A stretch of DNA of 62,926 nt, the filler included, from Ionaspis alba (taxonomy: Eukaryota): the NCBI GenBank assembly GCA_964255285.1. It is 11 parts of 11 records of this genome, joined end to end, with 100 filler letters (N's around TTAATTAATTAA, not from the genome) between each part and the next. Parts side by side here need not be neighbours in the genome. Positions count along the whole stretch, not along the records: positions 23,065 to 28,699 come from CAXUUL010000992.1; positions 28,800 to 34,423 come from CAXUUL010000993.1; positions 34,524 to 40,144 come from CAXUUL010000994.1; 8 more parts are not named here. The stretch is one strand, 5' to 3'. The notes under the pieces were generated by a model. That model worked only from the letters and a program-made list of their open reading frames with translations, was not told where the DNA came from and searched no databases. Made by a program: the position numbers and the translations under genes. Below are positions 26,131 through 38,076 of the stretch, piece by piece (position 1 is the first letter of the stretch; each line of letters begins with the position of its first letter).

Positions 26131-27525
26131 ATGTCAACCGACCTTCCCAGAATCCTCACGCCCCTCTCTCCACTCAAACCTCCTTCCTTGTCCCGCGCCT
26201 GGCTCAGCGCCCCCCACCATTCCCTTCCCCTTCTCGCAACTTGCTCCTCCGACAAGACCGTCCGCATCTACTCCCTCACCTCCTTCACCCTCCTCAGCTC
26301 CATCACCGGCGGCCACAAGCGCTCCGTCCGCTCCTGCGCCTGGAAGCCAGGCACGAAAGGCGAGAGCGTGCTCGCGACGGGAAGTTTCGATGCCAGTGTG
26401 GGGGTTTGGAAGCGCTGGGATGGGGATGGAGGGGGTGGGTTGAATGTTAGGCCTGAGCCGGAGGAGGTGGATTTTACGGGTGGAGTGGGTGAGGGTGGGG
26501 AGGATAATAGGGAGGAGGAGGACGATGATGAGTGGCGGTTTGCGCTCGTGCTCGATGGGCATGATTCGGAGGTTAAGAGCGTGGCGTGGTCGGCGGGTGG
26601 GAATCTCCTGGCCACTTGCTCCAGGGACAAAAGTGTTTGGATATGGGAGGAGGTTGGAGAGGATGATTTTGAGACTGTGGCGGTGCTGCAGGAGCATACT
26701 GGGGACGTCAAGTGTGTCGCCTGGCATCCAGAGGAGGAGTGTGTCGTTAGTGGGAGTTATGATGATGACATTAGGGTTTGGAGGGAGGATGTTGATGATT
26801 GGGCTTGTGTGGCGGTATTGAGAGGGCATGAGGGGACGGTTTGGGGTGTCGAGTGGGAAGGTACCATGTCTCATGTCTACGGAGATTACAAGGAAGGGGA
26901 AGAGGGGAGAAAGAGATGGATGGAGAGAAGAGAGAAGGCGGGTCCGAGGCTGGTGAGCTGCTCAGATGACATGAGTATCAGAGTATGGAGGAAGAGACCA
27001 AGGGAGAGGGGCCCGGTGCAGTCGAAATTGAGCATCATTCGCTCGGGCAGTATCGAGGAGGATTGGGTTGAGGAGTCGAAGTTACCACAGAGGCATGAAA
27101 GGGCGATTTACGCGGCAAAGTGGAGTGAGAAGACGGGGAGGGTTGTCAGTACTGGCGGAGATGGCAAGATCGTGGTCTATGAGGAGCGATGGAAAGGTGA
27201 AGGTCAAAGTGGAAGGAGTGGTTCAATTGCTGTGGCTACGAATGGCTTTGAGGAAGCTATGGAAGGTGTCGAGACAAATGGTCATGAACAGGTTCCTGCC
27301 CCGGAGAATGGGCCCGCTACCACAAATGCTTCAGAAGCTACGGAAGAGTTCCCAGATACAGAGTGGGTAGTTGTTGCCGAGTTTGAAGGAGCTCATGGTG
27401 TCTTCGAGGTCAACCATGTCTGCTGGGCACGAAGAGCCGACAGAGGGAAAAGAAGCGATGACGAAGAAATCATTGTCAGCACTGGCGATGATGGAGTGGT
27501 CAAGACGTGGATTTTGGACATTTGA
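26131..27525 (+). CDS. CIA1: Cytosolic Fe-S assembly WD40 protein Cia1
   Basis: GHKRSVRS.AW, LATGSFD, GHDSEVKSVAWS, LATCSRDKSVWIWE, FETVAVLQEHTGDVK.VAWHP and AHGVFEVNHV. Confidence 0.93.
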   Translation: MSTDLPRILTPLSPLKPPSLSRAWLSAPHHSLPLLATCSSDKTVRIYSLTSFTLLSSITGGHKRSVRSCAWKPGTKGESVLATGSFDASVGVWKRWDGDGGGGLNVRPEPEEVDFTGGVGEGGEDNREEEDDDEWRFALVLDGHDSEVKSVAWSAGGNLLATCSRDKSVWIWEEVGEDDFETVAVLQEHTGDVKCVAWHPEEECVVSGSYDDDIRVWREDVDDWACVAVLRGHEGTVWGVEWEGTMSHVYGDYKEGEEGRKRWMERREKAGPRLVSCSDDMSIRVWRKRPRERGPVQSKLSIIRSGSIEEDWVEESKLPQRHERAIYAAKWSEKTGRVVSTGGDGKIVVYEERWKGEGQSGRSGSIAVATNGFEEAMEGVETNGHEQVPAPENGPATTNASEATEEFPDTEWVVVAEFEGAHGVFEVNHVCWARRADRGKRSDDEEIIVSTGDDGVVKTWILDI

Positions 27526-27861
27526 CAAATATTTGATGACGTTCATTCACAGCATCTATGGCACTCAAATGACTGCGCGACTGGTGGACTTACTCATACC
27601 CTCAATACAATTCGCCGAATCAGAGTCAACCCAATTCATGTGCTACCAATCATAGCTGATGAGTACGTTTTTGTTTTGCCCGATATAAGTCCAGTCTTCC
27701 TTGTTTGCGATCCTTTTCGTTCCTCTTCCATATCAGACATTTTGTTCAACAATCCTCTTTGTGTTCTCCTATTACCACATTCACCATTCTTTGTCTGCCC
27801 ACTGACACAGTCTAAGCTATCAAAGATCCGCAAACAGCTAATTGCGGTAATCAAGGCTAAA

Positions 27862-28699
27862 ATGCTGCTTTCGCGCATAATCATTCTGGCTTTCGCAGCC
27901 GGCGCGCTTGCTCAGAGCTCCACCGATATTCTCGCAAGCAGTTCCGACAAGGCCACCCAGCAGCTGAACGAAATACTAAGCGTTCATGAGAACGTGTACT
28001 GCAACGTTCTCTGCCTCACGCCAAGTTCCGGCTATAAAAGCAAAGCGCCTTCAGAGTTGGCATTACTCACCACGATACTGACCGCGCTCTTCATGGTCGC
28101 CTCCAGCTCCCAATCTCTTGCCTATCTTGCCTTTCCAACCTTTGCTCATACTCAGGTTCATCACAGACTGTCAGGCGATTCTGGTCTGATATTTCACGAC
28201 ACCAACTCCCAAGCCTCGGAAAGAGATATCCAGCATTCTAGCAGCATTGCTACTTCACTGTCAAACGGCTCTTCGGAGCTTCATATCCTCGAAAACAAAG
28301 ATCGTAATGCTAAAAAGCATTTCTGGGATACAAGCTCTGGAAGTCGCAATAGCAGATCGATTTCTGCCTTGACGGCTCTGATCCCATTCCTGACGTCTTT
28401 ATTGATCGGCAAGAATGGTTTTTATTCTATGCTTTTTGTTGCCATTCCAGCTTTCGCTCAGAATCAAATGAACCAAGAGAAGCCGAACGATTTTCATCTC
28501 TTAGACCCTGACCTTCATGCTCAAGGTCTTGAAGAAAGAACTTCATTTCTTACAGTCAACATCACAAACCTATCGAATGGTACTTCCCATCTTGCTTTGT
28601 CTGATAAAAAAGGTCACAGCTGTCATCCGGATAAGGAAACTTGCCCAAAGACTTCCGCAAGCCGCAGTGGCAAGACTCTTTCTTGGGTGTCGGTTCTGG
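27862..28699 (+). CDS. Orphan secretory-pathway protein with tandem signal/GPI-like modules; 3' partial
   Basis: AAAATG start, signal peptide MLLSRIIILAFAAGALA|Q, 279 open codons to the scaffold end, and an internal repeat TSLSNGSSELHI / TNLSNGTSHLAL. Confidence 0.7.
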
Positions 28700-28799
28700 N
28701 NNNNNNNNNNNNNNNNNNNNNNNNNNNNNNNNNNNNNNNNNNNTTAATTAATTAANNNNNNNNNNNNNNNNNNNNNNNNNNNNNNNNNNNNNNNNNNNN

Positions 28800-29225
28800 A
28801 AGTTCACGGGTTCTATCCTGTCGAACATGCCCCGTGCATACAGAAGACCGCAACAATAACGCGCAATCAGGCCACCGAGGGAGTATCCAACCATGCTAAG
28901 CTTCTTGATCTCAGGTCCATCCTTCGAAAACCGTTCGAGCTCGTCCTCAATCTCTTGTGCCAGGCGTTCTCCACCGACTTCGATGCCATCGTAAGTGTAA
29001 TTGTCCGAATTGCGCGCAGCTACTAGTACGTGGAGTTTGTCTCCATATTTGGTTTCTAAGGAAGACCGAAGGTATTCGAGATGACCTGGGTTGCCCCAAA
29101 GACTATACAATGATAGTCAGCAACAGCGCAGACGTGTTCTTCAGGTCTGTTTACCCATGTACCAAGACACAAAGGTGATCTGCTTTTGCACTTCCGCCAG
29201 TAGTCGTCCGCTCTGCTGCTTCCAT
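28800..29225 (-). CDS. DUF676 putative serine esterase/lipase; 3' partial; intron 29154-29103
   Basis: HLCVLVHG/LWGN, TYDGIEVGGERLA and the nucleophile elbow GYSLGG. Confidence 0.88.
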
Positions 29226-29768
29226 TACTCCCAGAGTCGGCAGTGCTTCCAGTGGAGCACTATATGTTATGTTAATTGAAACGTGGAGACTGTCAAGAAG
29301 AATATCTATCACAAGATCCAAAGCGATGACGATGACGCCGCCGCGCGCCTCATGCATATGCGGATGAACTCCGAAAGCCGAGCCCGTGGCCAGTTTCTAG
29401 TGGATAAAAATAGCCTAGCCAGATGCAGATTGAATATCAATTGTGAAAGCGATCTTTAAAGAACCCCATCACTAAATAGTATTGAGCCATTCTCTATCCC
29501 AGTGCCGCAAGCTTATGCTGTCTTCATTAAACGGAAAGACTGCTCGTGAGCATTGATGAGACCTCGGAGGAGTAACACATTAGAATAAAGTCTTATCGAT
29601 CTTTGAAGCCTCATCCTGTGCGCGTCACACCTCATCTGCAGGAACAGATTTTGATCCTCATTAAAGCCTTGCATCACGTATATGCGTCGGTTTCTCGTTA
29701 TAATGGCACTCATCACCGGTCATTCAATTGTTCGATTCCTACGCTGACTACTCGCCCTCCTCAATAAA

Positions 29769-31721
29769 ATGTTCTCCACACTCGGTCTGTTCAAACAGAT
29801 CAATTGTCCTCAAGGAGCTCAGTGTAAACTCCCACAATGCATGTTTCTCCATGACACATTTTCCTCTGGTGTCGGCGCCAGAGGACCATCAGAGACTGTC
29901 AAAGAAAATGTCCAAGCACATGCAGACCTTGAATTCAAGGAATCTGATCGTCCGAGGAAAAAGCAGCGTATCAGTGAAGAGTTCGAGATTGGGGAGAATG
30001 ATGCTCCAATACAAACTGCCCATTCAAGTGCTACAAGGTCTACTAGCAATTCAACTACCAAGAGGGAAGACTCCCCACGATCTTTCGAAGGAACGTCGTT
30101 GAGCAAGAAATCCACTTCTAGAACGGCAACACCAAACTCTACCCTGAGAACCATCAGTCCACCTCACCTGAAAACTCAGCAGCAGATCACTACCACCAAT
30201 GCCAAGATTTCGAGTCTTCCGAACGGTCATCACGTCCTGGCGGAACAGAAGGCCGCAAAGGACGCAAAGCAAGTCCGACAATCGCTCAATCCGAGGCTCT
30301 TACAGAAACCCCCTGCTACGCACGATATCCGTCTGAAGCTGATAACATTCCTCCATGAGCAGATGGTACGACTAAACAAGGAGATCCAAGAATCTCAGGA
30401 TGACCCGAAACATGCGTTGGAGCTCTCGCCTAATGAGTTGATAATTCAAGCTCTAGACGAGGAAGAACAAATAGCCAAAGAAAACCCTACCGTCTACCTC
30501 AACGTGCTGAAACTCCGAATCGGTTCCCTAAAAAAGATGAAACTAGACACATGGAAAAAAGAGAGATTAAAGCAGATCGCCAAAGGCCATCCCGAACCCG
30601 CTCCACCCCAACCAGCCTCCCTCCCAATCACCATCGACACAGGCCTCTCCCCTGCAGAAGAAATCTCCATCCTCCCCAAACTCCTCGCCCAACAAGCCGA
30701 CCTCGCAAAACACGGCTACGTCCCCTGTAAACCGACCCCCACCGAAGTCTCCCAAGCCCGGGACGGCGTCCAAGCATCCCACAACTGGGAAGTCTGCGAC
30801 CGATGCAAATCCCGCTTCCAAGTGTTCCCCGGCCGCCGAGAAGAAGACGGGGCGCTCACCACAGGCGGAAAATGCACGTACCACTACGGGCGCGCTCGTC
30901 GTCCTCCCAAGGAGAAAACCGATACGGGACCCAAGGACATGGCCTTCACGTGCTGTGGAGAGTTGCTGGGGACGGCGGGCTGCACCACAGCGGATACGCA
31001 TGTGTTCAAGGTTTCGGAGACGAAGAGGCTGGAGTTGGTTATGCCGTTCTTGGGGACGCCTGTTGAGGGGGTGGGGACGCCGAAGAGCGCCGTTTGCTTT
31101 GATTGTGAGATGGGGTATACGACGCTCGGGATGGAGTTGATTCGGTTGACGGCGACGGAGTGGCCGGGTGGTGGGGAGTTGTTGGATGTGCTTGTCAGGC
31201 CGATGGGGGAGGTGCTGGATTTGAATTCGAGGTTTTCGGGGGTTTGGCCGAGGCATTTTGCGGAGGCTGTGCCGTACGGAGACAGAGCGGCTCGTTGTGA
31301 AGAACTGGATAAAGGAGAGTTCAAGAGTGAACGCCTTTTGATGGTCGAATCACCGGCGAAAGCGAGGGAGCTGTTGTTCGAGCATCTGACGACTACGACT
31401 CCGCTTATTGGCCATGCTATTGAGAATGATCTTAATGCTACACGGATCATTCATCCTTCGATTATCGATACCGTCTTGCTGTTTCCACATCCTCGTGGGC
31501 TGCCTATTCGTCATGGTTTGAAGATGTTGGTCAAGAAGTATCTGAATCGGGACATTCAGATGGGGGGTGCCCAGGGTCACGATTCCAAGGAGGATGCGAG
31601 GGCTGCTGGTGACTTGGTACGGGTGAAGGTTGCGGAGATATGGAAGGTTATGAAGAGAGAGGGGTGGACGGTGAGGAAGGGGGAGTTCTTTCCTCCTATG
31701 CCTGAAGGTCAAGCATCATGA
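29769..31721 (+). CDS. REX3: RNA exonuclease 3 (DEDDh)
   Basis: FDCEMGYT, LIGHAIENDL, IIDTVLLFPH and GHDSKEDA, with a CDRC...C.YH zinc region and an N-terminal CCCH. Confidence 0.88.
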   Translation: MFSTLGLFKQINCPQGAQCKLPQCMFLHDTFSSGVGARGPSETVKENVQAHADLEFKESDRPRKKQRISEEFEIGENDAPIQTAHSSATRSTSNSTTKREDSPRSFEGTSLSKKSTSRTATPNSTLRTISPPHLKTQQQITTTNAKISSLPNGHHVLAEQKAAKDAKQVRQSLNPRLLQKPPATHDIRLKLITFLHEQMVRLNKEIQESQDDPKHALELSPNELIIQALDEEEQIAKENPTVYLNVLKLRIGSLKKMKLDTWKKERLKQIAKGHPEPAPPQPASLPITIDTGLSPAEEISILPKLLAQQADLAKHGYVPCKPTPTEVSQARDGVQASHNWEVCDRCKSRFQVFPGRREEDGALTTGGKCTYHYGRARRPPKEKTDTGPKDMAFTCCGELLGTAGCTTADTHVFKVSETKRLELVMPFLGTPVEGVGTPKSAVCFDCEMGYTTLGMELIRLTATEWPGGGELLDVLVRPMGEVLDLNSRFSGVWPRHFAEAVPYGDRAARCEELDKGEFKSERLLMVESPAKARELLFEHLTTTTPLIGHAIENDLNATRIIHPSIIDTVLLFPHPRGLPIRHGLKMLVKKYLNRDIQMGGAQGHDSKEDARAAGDLVRVKVAEIWKVMKREGWTVRKGEFFPPMPEGQAS

Positions 31722-32993
31722 CTCGGTGTATAGACACGGTATTGCCATTGTGGACAAGCACCGAGATGCTTGGATCCTTGGGCAGAGTCCCAGGTTCAGT
31801 AGAACTGCCCCTGTCGTGCTCGCCTCTCCTCGTCAACGGAGCAGGTGGCAGTGGCTGGGCCTTGAGCCACGCAGCCTCCGTCTGACCGCCGCTTGACGTG
31901 CTTCCTCTAAGTCAGAGTCTTTATCTAAACTGTTGATGCTCTGGTCGTTGATGCTCATGTAGCCGCGTAATCGGTGTTGACCCTATTTCACATGCTTGCC
32001 CATTACATATTGCCCAATCACGGCACTTCCATTCATCTATGCCAAGAGCCATCTCCCAGGGGTACTGTCGCAGTGATGTCATCCCCTGGAAACTGTGCTG
32101 TAGAGATTGAACTTGTGTCCCTGAGCTACGGTCAGAATTGGTTCTGGTCGACTTGTCCGGTACTCAAGTGAACAGGATAAATGTGAGGAGATAGTTTACC
32201 ATCACCATCCAGTCACCAGCGATCTACATTCCACTCTATTAGAAGAGAGGCAAATACGAATACAATCACAATTTTCCTCCTCGAAGACCCCTGGAAGCGA
32301 ATATATCTCGTCCCGCTAGGAACGGCTTTGACTCGGGGAATTCGGGGGCTAAGGGTGGCTAAGGGTGGCTAGTGGAGCTTTTATCGGCGGTATTGCAGGC
32401 ATTTACGGGCAATCAGATTTCAGGATTTGCCAGTGGGGTCCAAGGGATCTCTAAGGTCTGGTTCTCTGCTGCCCCACCTCGTCATCGTAGCACCGAAAGA
32501 ATGAATATCCTTGTCACCCACTGTGTTGAATACATGCTTTTTCGAAGGATTGGTAAGAGCGTAGTGGCATGAGTGATTGTCCCCCTTGTGGAAGAACTAT
32601 GGGCCCGTGGGGCCGATAGGAAGGAGGGACTGGTTAGGACCCATATAAATACATTGTTGCCAGTCGTTTCGACTCACTCTTTTTACATCTCTGCTTGATT
32701 GACCTCGGACCTCCTATCCATCTTATCCTTCCCCACAGTCGTTGCCAATTGAGCACACAAAGCTTCACTGTTACTCCTACTCAGGCAGACCCACAGGCAG
32801 CGACCCACCAAGGCTCTTTGTCCCCTCGCAGAAACTCGATGTCCACCACGACTACANNNNNNNNNNNNNNNNNNNNNNNNNNNNNNNNNNNNNNNNNNNN
32901 NNNNNNNNNNNNNNNNNNNNNNNNNNNNNNNNNNNNNNNNNNNNNNNNNNNNNNNNGACCCACCAAGGCTCTTTGTCCCCTCGCAGAAACTCG

Positions 32994-34381
32994 ATGTCCA
33001 CCACGACTACAATCTCAGCCACGAACATGGCGACCCTTGCAATGCCCTCCGAGCGCCCCAAGATCCGTCGTCTGTCCTCTGTGACAGCGACGCGAGAGGA
33101 ATTGTCGTCTGGGCCTTCAGTCGTCGTTCCCCCGCAACACATGATGGCGCCCAGCAACGCGCACGAAACAGCTGCTGCCATGGAAATGGCGAAGCACCGT
33201 CTCAGCAGAGTCAGTGACGGTGAGAGCACGCCGCCGGGCCGAGTCGAAACAGGAACCACCGATGCCTATGCGTATGCCTTTGATATCGACGGTGTTCTTA
33301 TTCGTGGGGGCAAGCCTATCCCTGAAGCGGTTGAGGCGATGAAGAAGTTGAATGGGTATAACGAATATGGCATCAAGGTGTAAGTACCTCACAGATGGAA
33401 ATGTCGGACATGCCACTAATACTCTGCAGTCCATACATCTTCGTCACCAACGGAGGCGGAAAAACAGAACAAGAAAGATGTCTCGACCTCAGCAAACAGC
33501 TCGAGATCGAAGTCTCACCTGGCCAATTTATCTGCGGCCACACCCCCATGCGAGAAATGGCAGAGCGATACAAGACCGTTCTTGTCGTCGGCGGAGAGGG
33601 CGAAAAATGCCGACTAGTAGCCGAAGGCTACGGATTCAAGGACGTCGTCACACCCGGGGACATCATCAAAGACAACCAGGACACAACTCCCTTCCGGAAA
33701 TTAACAGCGGAGGAAACCGAACACTCGCGAGCACGCAATTTCGGCGAGGCGGAGATCGAAGCTATCTTCGTCTTTGCTGACAGTCGCGACTGGGCCGGCG
33801 ACCAGCAGATCATCTTGGATCTTCTGATGTCCAAGAACGGTCGACTGGGGACGCGGTCGGAGACTTTCGATGAAGGTCCCCCCATTTTCTTCTCCCATAA
33901 TGATGTTGTTTGGTCGACTTCGCACAATCTGACTCGTATTGGCATGGGTGCTCTACGAGCCTCGTTGGAAGCCATGTTCAAGGCCGTGACTGGTAAAGAG
34001 CTGAAAACCACAGCTTATGGCAAGCCTCAGATTGGGACGTTCCAATTCGCCACTCGGCTGTTGAAGCAATGGCGGAAGGATACTCACGGCATTGACGGTC
34101 CTCCTGAGACAGTCTACTTCGTCGGAGATACTCCAGAGTCCGATATCCGCGGAACGAATGAGTTCAATGACTCGGAGTTCTCGGAGAATACGTGGTATTC
34201 CATTCTTGTTCGGACAGGAGTCTTCCAGGAAGGGACTCAGCCTCGTTTTACGCCTAAAGCGACGGTCGACAATGTCCTTGATGCGGTCAAGTATGGCATG
34301 CAGAGGGAACATACGAAGGCGATGAAGAAACAGACGTTGGGTCGAGATCGCTTGGAGAGCACTGTCATCATTGAAGAATAG
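32994..34381 (+). CDS. HAD-superfamily IIA hydrolase, CECR5/HDHD5 type; intron 33380-33429
   Basis: FDIDGVL, P.IFVTNGGG, GKP, YFVGDTPESDIRG and W.SILVRTG. The start codon choice (32994 or 33027) is uncertain. Confidence 0.88.
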
Positions 34382-34523
34382 ACTGAGCATAGGGGAACTT
34401 GAGGAAATCGGTTTGATGCGGCTNNNNNNNNNNNNNNNNNNNNNNNNNNNNNNNNNNNNNNNNNNNNTTAATTAATTAANNNNNNNNNNNNNNNNNNNNN
34501 NNNNNNNNNNNNNNNNNNNNNNN

Positions 34524-35569
34524 TGACGGGGGTTTTCTGGGGAGGGGTATGTAAGTATTTGATACTTTAATGGTAGGGGGGGTGGGTAGAAACTGACTTT
34601 TGTGAAGAGGATGGTGGAGGTGGAAGGAAAAATTCCAAAAGTTGATCTGACGATGGTGGCTTCGAAAGTTGATCCGATGAAGGTGGCGGTGAGTGGTTCA
34701 GATATTGGCGGAGGAGCAGGTGGGGGTGTGGGCGAAGGACGGAAGGAAAGGGTGAAGAAGGCGGAGTTCGCTTCCGTGGCTGCGCAGGGGGTGATGGGTG
34801 TTATGGTGATTGGATCGACGGTGATGTTTCCGGTGGCTGTGATGGTGAATGCTTCCGTTACGGTGGAGGTTTCGTAGACGATGGATGATTCCGAGGTTCC
34901 TGTACAGGATGGTTCGGATGTTGCTGGTGTGACTGGGCTTTCGGGTGAAGTGATCGCGGAGACTCCTGGGATGAGACCTGTGGGGATCGTTGGTCTAGAG
35001 CCAGTCCCGGTGGGCATTCGTGGACCTCCTGTCCCTGTTGGCCACCATGTGTATGAAGAACGGTTGAAGGTGAGTTGAGGGAAGCTGACTGTCTCGCCGA
35101 GAGATTCATAGTCGGGAGTGGAGGAAGTGGTGCAACCGGAATCGCTACCGTCGTATGGATCAGGTGAACATGTTATCATTGGTGGAGGTGTCCGGAATTC
35201 TCCATCATCGGTGGAGGTCGGATAGATTATTATTGTTGTAGAGAATATCGCTCCTGAATCGTCTTTGGAACTGGATGGAGGGAAATAGTACGGCTCGTCG
35301 ACGATCTTTGGCGGGTTTGACGAAGGTGGGTTTTCTGAGGATGACGAGGAGTTTGACCATCGTTCTTTCGGTTCCGGAGCTATAACGGGAGTGGCGACGG
35401 CTTTTTCGTATCGTCGGATTCGAGCTAGAGCTTTCATGAGTGGTGTTCACCTTAGACTTTGTATCTGCCCGGCTGCTTGCTTACCTCGAGGATTCGCATA
35501 TGCTGTTGTTGCGCAGTTGCTTACCAGCAGTACTGCGCATAACGAGCAGAGGACCTGAAGACGCGCCAT
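34524..35569 (-). CDS. Secreted Ser/Thr/Pro-rich (cell-wall/mucin-like) hypothetical protein; 3' partial
   Basis: Signal peptide MARLQVLCSLCAVLLVSNCA and a GTAAGC donor near 35484 splicing in frame into a 321-aa S/T/P-rich ORF. Confidence 0.65.
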
Positions 35570-36339
35570 CTCTTTTTTTTTCAGGTGGTTTGTTTGTCTG
35601 GTGAGCTCGGAGAATTGAAGCTCGATCAAAATCGGACTATCATCATATACTGATTTTTACACAAGTGAGAAGGATCTTTGGAGAGTAAAAAGAAGCCGAT
35701 GATATTGAAACGACAGAGAGACTTGGGATCAAGTCCAGTAACGTAATTACTCCAAAATCAAAGGATCAAACGAGCGGACGAGAAAGCCAACGACGTGGTG
35801 AGGCATATTAGGAATTTTACTCGTCAGCAAGAGAGATCCAGATGATTAGTATGGTAGAAGTAGTGGTAAATCTTGGTTGAAATGCGCAATATCAATCCCT
35901 GGCCGGCAGCTGGGCTGGACTGGCAGCCCCGGAGGCTGATTCCTTCCCACATTTGCGGTAGGTGCTGAGGAATTAGGGCTAAAGCATGTTCGCCACGGTG
36001 GTGGTGTGTGGTCCCGAATGAGATCTGTGCCGTAGCACACGCAGGCCAAACAGTCGGGTAAATAGCTATTCAATCAGTCGATCAATACAGTCACCATCCC
36101 TCCGATCCACTCATTATCAACCGCTCGGCGTAGATGATGTGCCTTGTCTCTCACTCTCTGCGTGAGCCATGAGGTAGATTTCCTGTCCCGAGTCCAGCCT
36201 GCCTCGGTGCATATGTCTGTGCAAGGTTCATTATTGGTGACACGACATGGATATACGACTGACCAGGCCCCCCTGCCCTGCGGAAGACCCGGGCATGGCG
36301 CTTCTGTGGCCTGTGATACGGTGGAGGGGCAGGTCTTGG

Positions 36340-36360
36340 CAGCAGCAGCAGCAGCAGCAG
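36340..36360. repeat. (CAG)7 microsatellite, intergenic
   Basis: Seven perfect CAG units, followed by short (TAT)/(CAT) runs. Confidence 0.9.
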
Positions 36361-38076
36361 AAGATCCCCGCCCCTCGTATTATTATTATCATCATCACAT
36401 ATCCAGTACGCACATATGTACATCATCCCAGTCTTTCAGCCGCCCCTCTTCCCTGGTCCCTTCCCTTCCCACGCGACAACCTGCAATAATTGTCCTGTAT
36501 GCAAGATGGGCCAGGCAGACAGCACGAGACAATACTCACAATAGCGTTCGGCTCGTTTATTCCTTCTTGCTACTGCCACCGCCGCTGCACAAACCGAAAC
36601 CAGTGAGACGCCTTTCCAATAGTTTGCTGCAGGTCGGGGAAAAAGCCTCATCACGATCGTCCGCAAAACCAGAACAAACCTCGGACGTTGGATTTAGAAA
36701 TCGCCAAGACGTTTCTAGCGTGCAGCTGCGGCGGGGGATCTTGGCAGCTATTAGGTGCGCATGCTGATTGGTGCTTCGGCATAGTGGGCCTGCATGTCAG
36801 CCTTATCCTCTTTCGAGTGCTGCTTCCTTCGGCTCCGGGCGGGGGGCTACAATCGTTGTTATTCGGCCGGCTTTTCTCTCCTCCTCTCTCGTTCCAGAAA
36901 ATGTCTGCCTTGTGTGACTTTTCTAGTAGGGATATGCAGGTCTTACTATGAATAGAAGTACCAGAGTCGAAGGATTGCTTTAACGAAGACTCGCTAAACT
37001 GCATCTGCTCGATGACAACTTCCGTATAGTCTCGGCATGTAGGATGGAAGCAAGTTGGCCCGCTTCAAACCACGAACGACCTGAACAGCAAAGTGGGGAT
37101 TTGGGTAGCATTCATTATTACCTGGAACCTGATGGTGGAATTAAGATTCCCGAGTCCTTTCGCCCAGAGACTCAAGTACTGACTTCTCGTTGGTCTCTTC
37201 CGCCGGGCTTATTCCCGGAGCTGAGATCTCCTGCCAGCAACTCTAGGCGATGCACATTTTCTTTGGTCGACAAGTTCAGTCACCGGGCAACTTACTTAGT
37301 CACTACATACAACCATGTCCGTACCGTACTGGTGGTGGTGGTGGTGGCAGTGGCTAAAGTAGATCCTGGTATAATTTGCCAATATATTCCCATCTGCACA
37401 GGAAACATATGGTGGCGGCGCAGCTGAAACCACCTTCGCTCTCTTCTGATTGGTCGCACACACGACAGAAACCTTGTTTAGACCACTCAATGGTTACCCA
37501 GGTCCTTGGTGATCGACCGCAAGACGGGGAACGACCCTCGCTGTTTGTCGTCGTCGGCTTCACCCGCTGAACGGGCGGTGGGTCGGTCGGTCGTTCTGGG
37601 ATGGGGCTGGGTAGGGACAGGGCTGAATCAGCGTAGCATTTTCATTTCTCACTTCTCTGCTGCTTTGCGCACGTATGAATGGGGTTTGTTCTGTCTGTCG
37701 CACATACACAGGTTCCTGTATCATCCCACCGCTGCTTGCCTGCCTGCCTGCCTGCTCGATGCGACGGTGAATCATAATCGATCTTGCGTAAGCCGCGTCT
37801 TCTTTCCACGTGGGTTTTTGTCTGACCTGCAGGTGGAAGAGGGAAGGATTGGAGTGTCTGCGGGTGGTGAGCCCCGTATCCCGAACGGTCGGGTGTGCTG
37901 CCCGGGTCCTTGTTTGTGTGTTTGTGTGGGTGGGGTGATCCTTTGCAGAGGGAGTGGGATCAGTGGGATCAGTTCTNNNNNNNNNNNNNNNNNNNNNNNN
38001 NNNNNNNNNNNNNNNNNNNNNNNNNNNNNNNNNNNNNNNNNNNNNNNNNNNNNNNNNNNNNNNNNNNNNNNNNNNN

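Noticed and set aside
26134..31712. Long antisense ORFs over CIA1 and REX3 (188-246 aa)
   Set aside because: They are shadow frames caused by skewed GC-rich codon usage and have no motifs.
32802..33011. 55-bp direct repeat flanking a 100-N gap at the HAD gene start
   Set aside because: An exact 55-nt overlap on both sides of a gap is typical of k=55 assembler scaffolding, not a real duplication.
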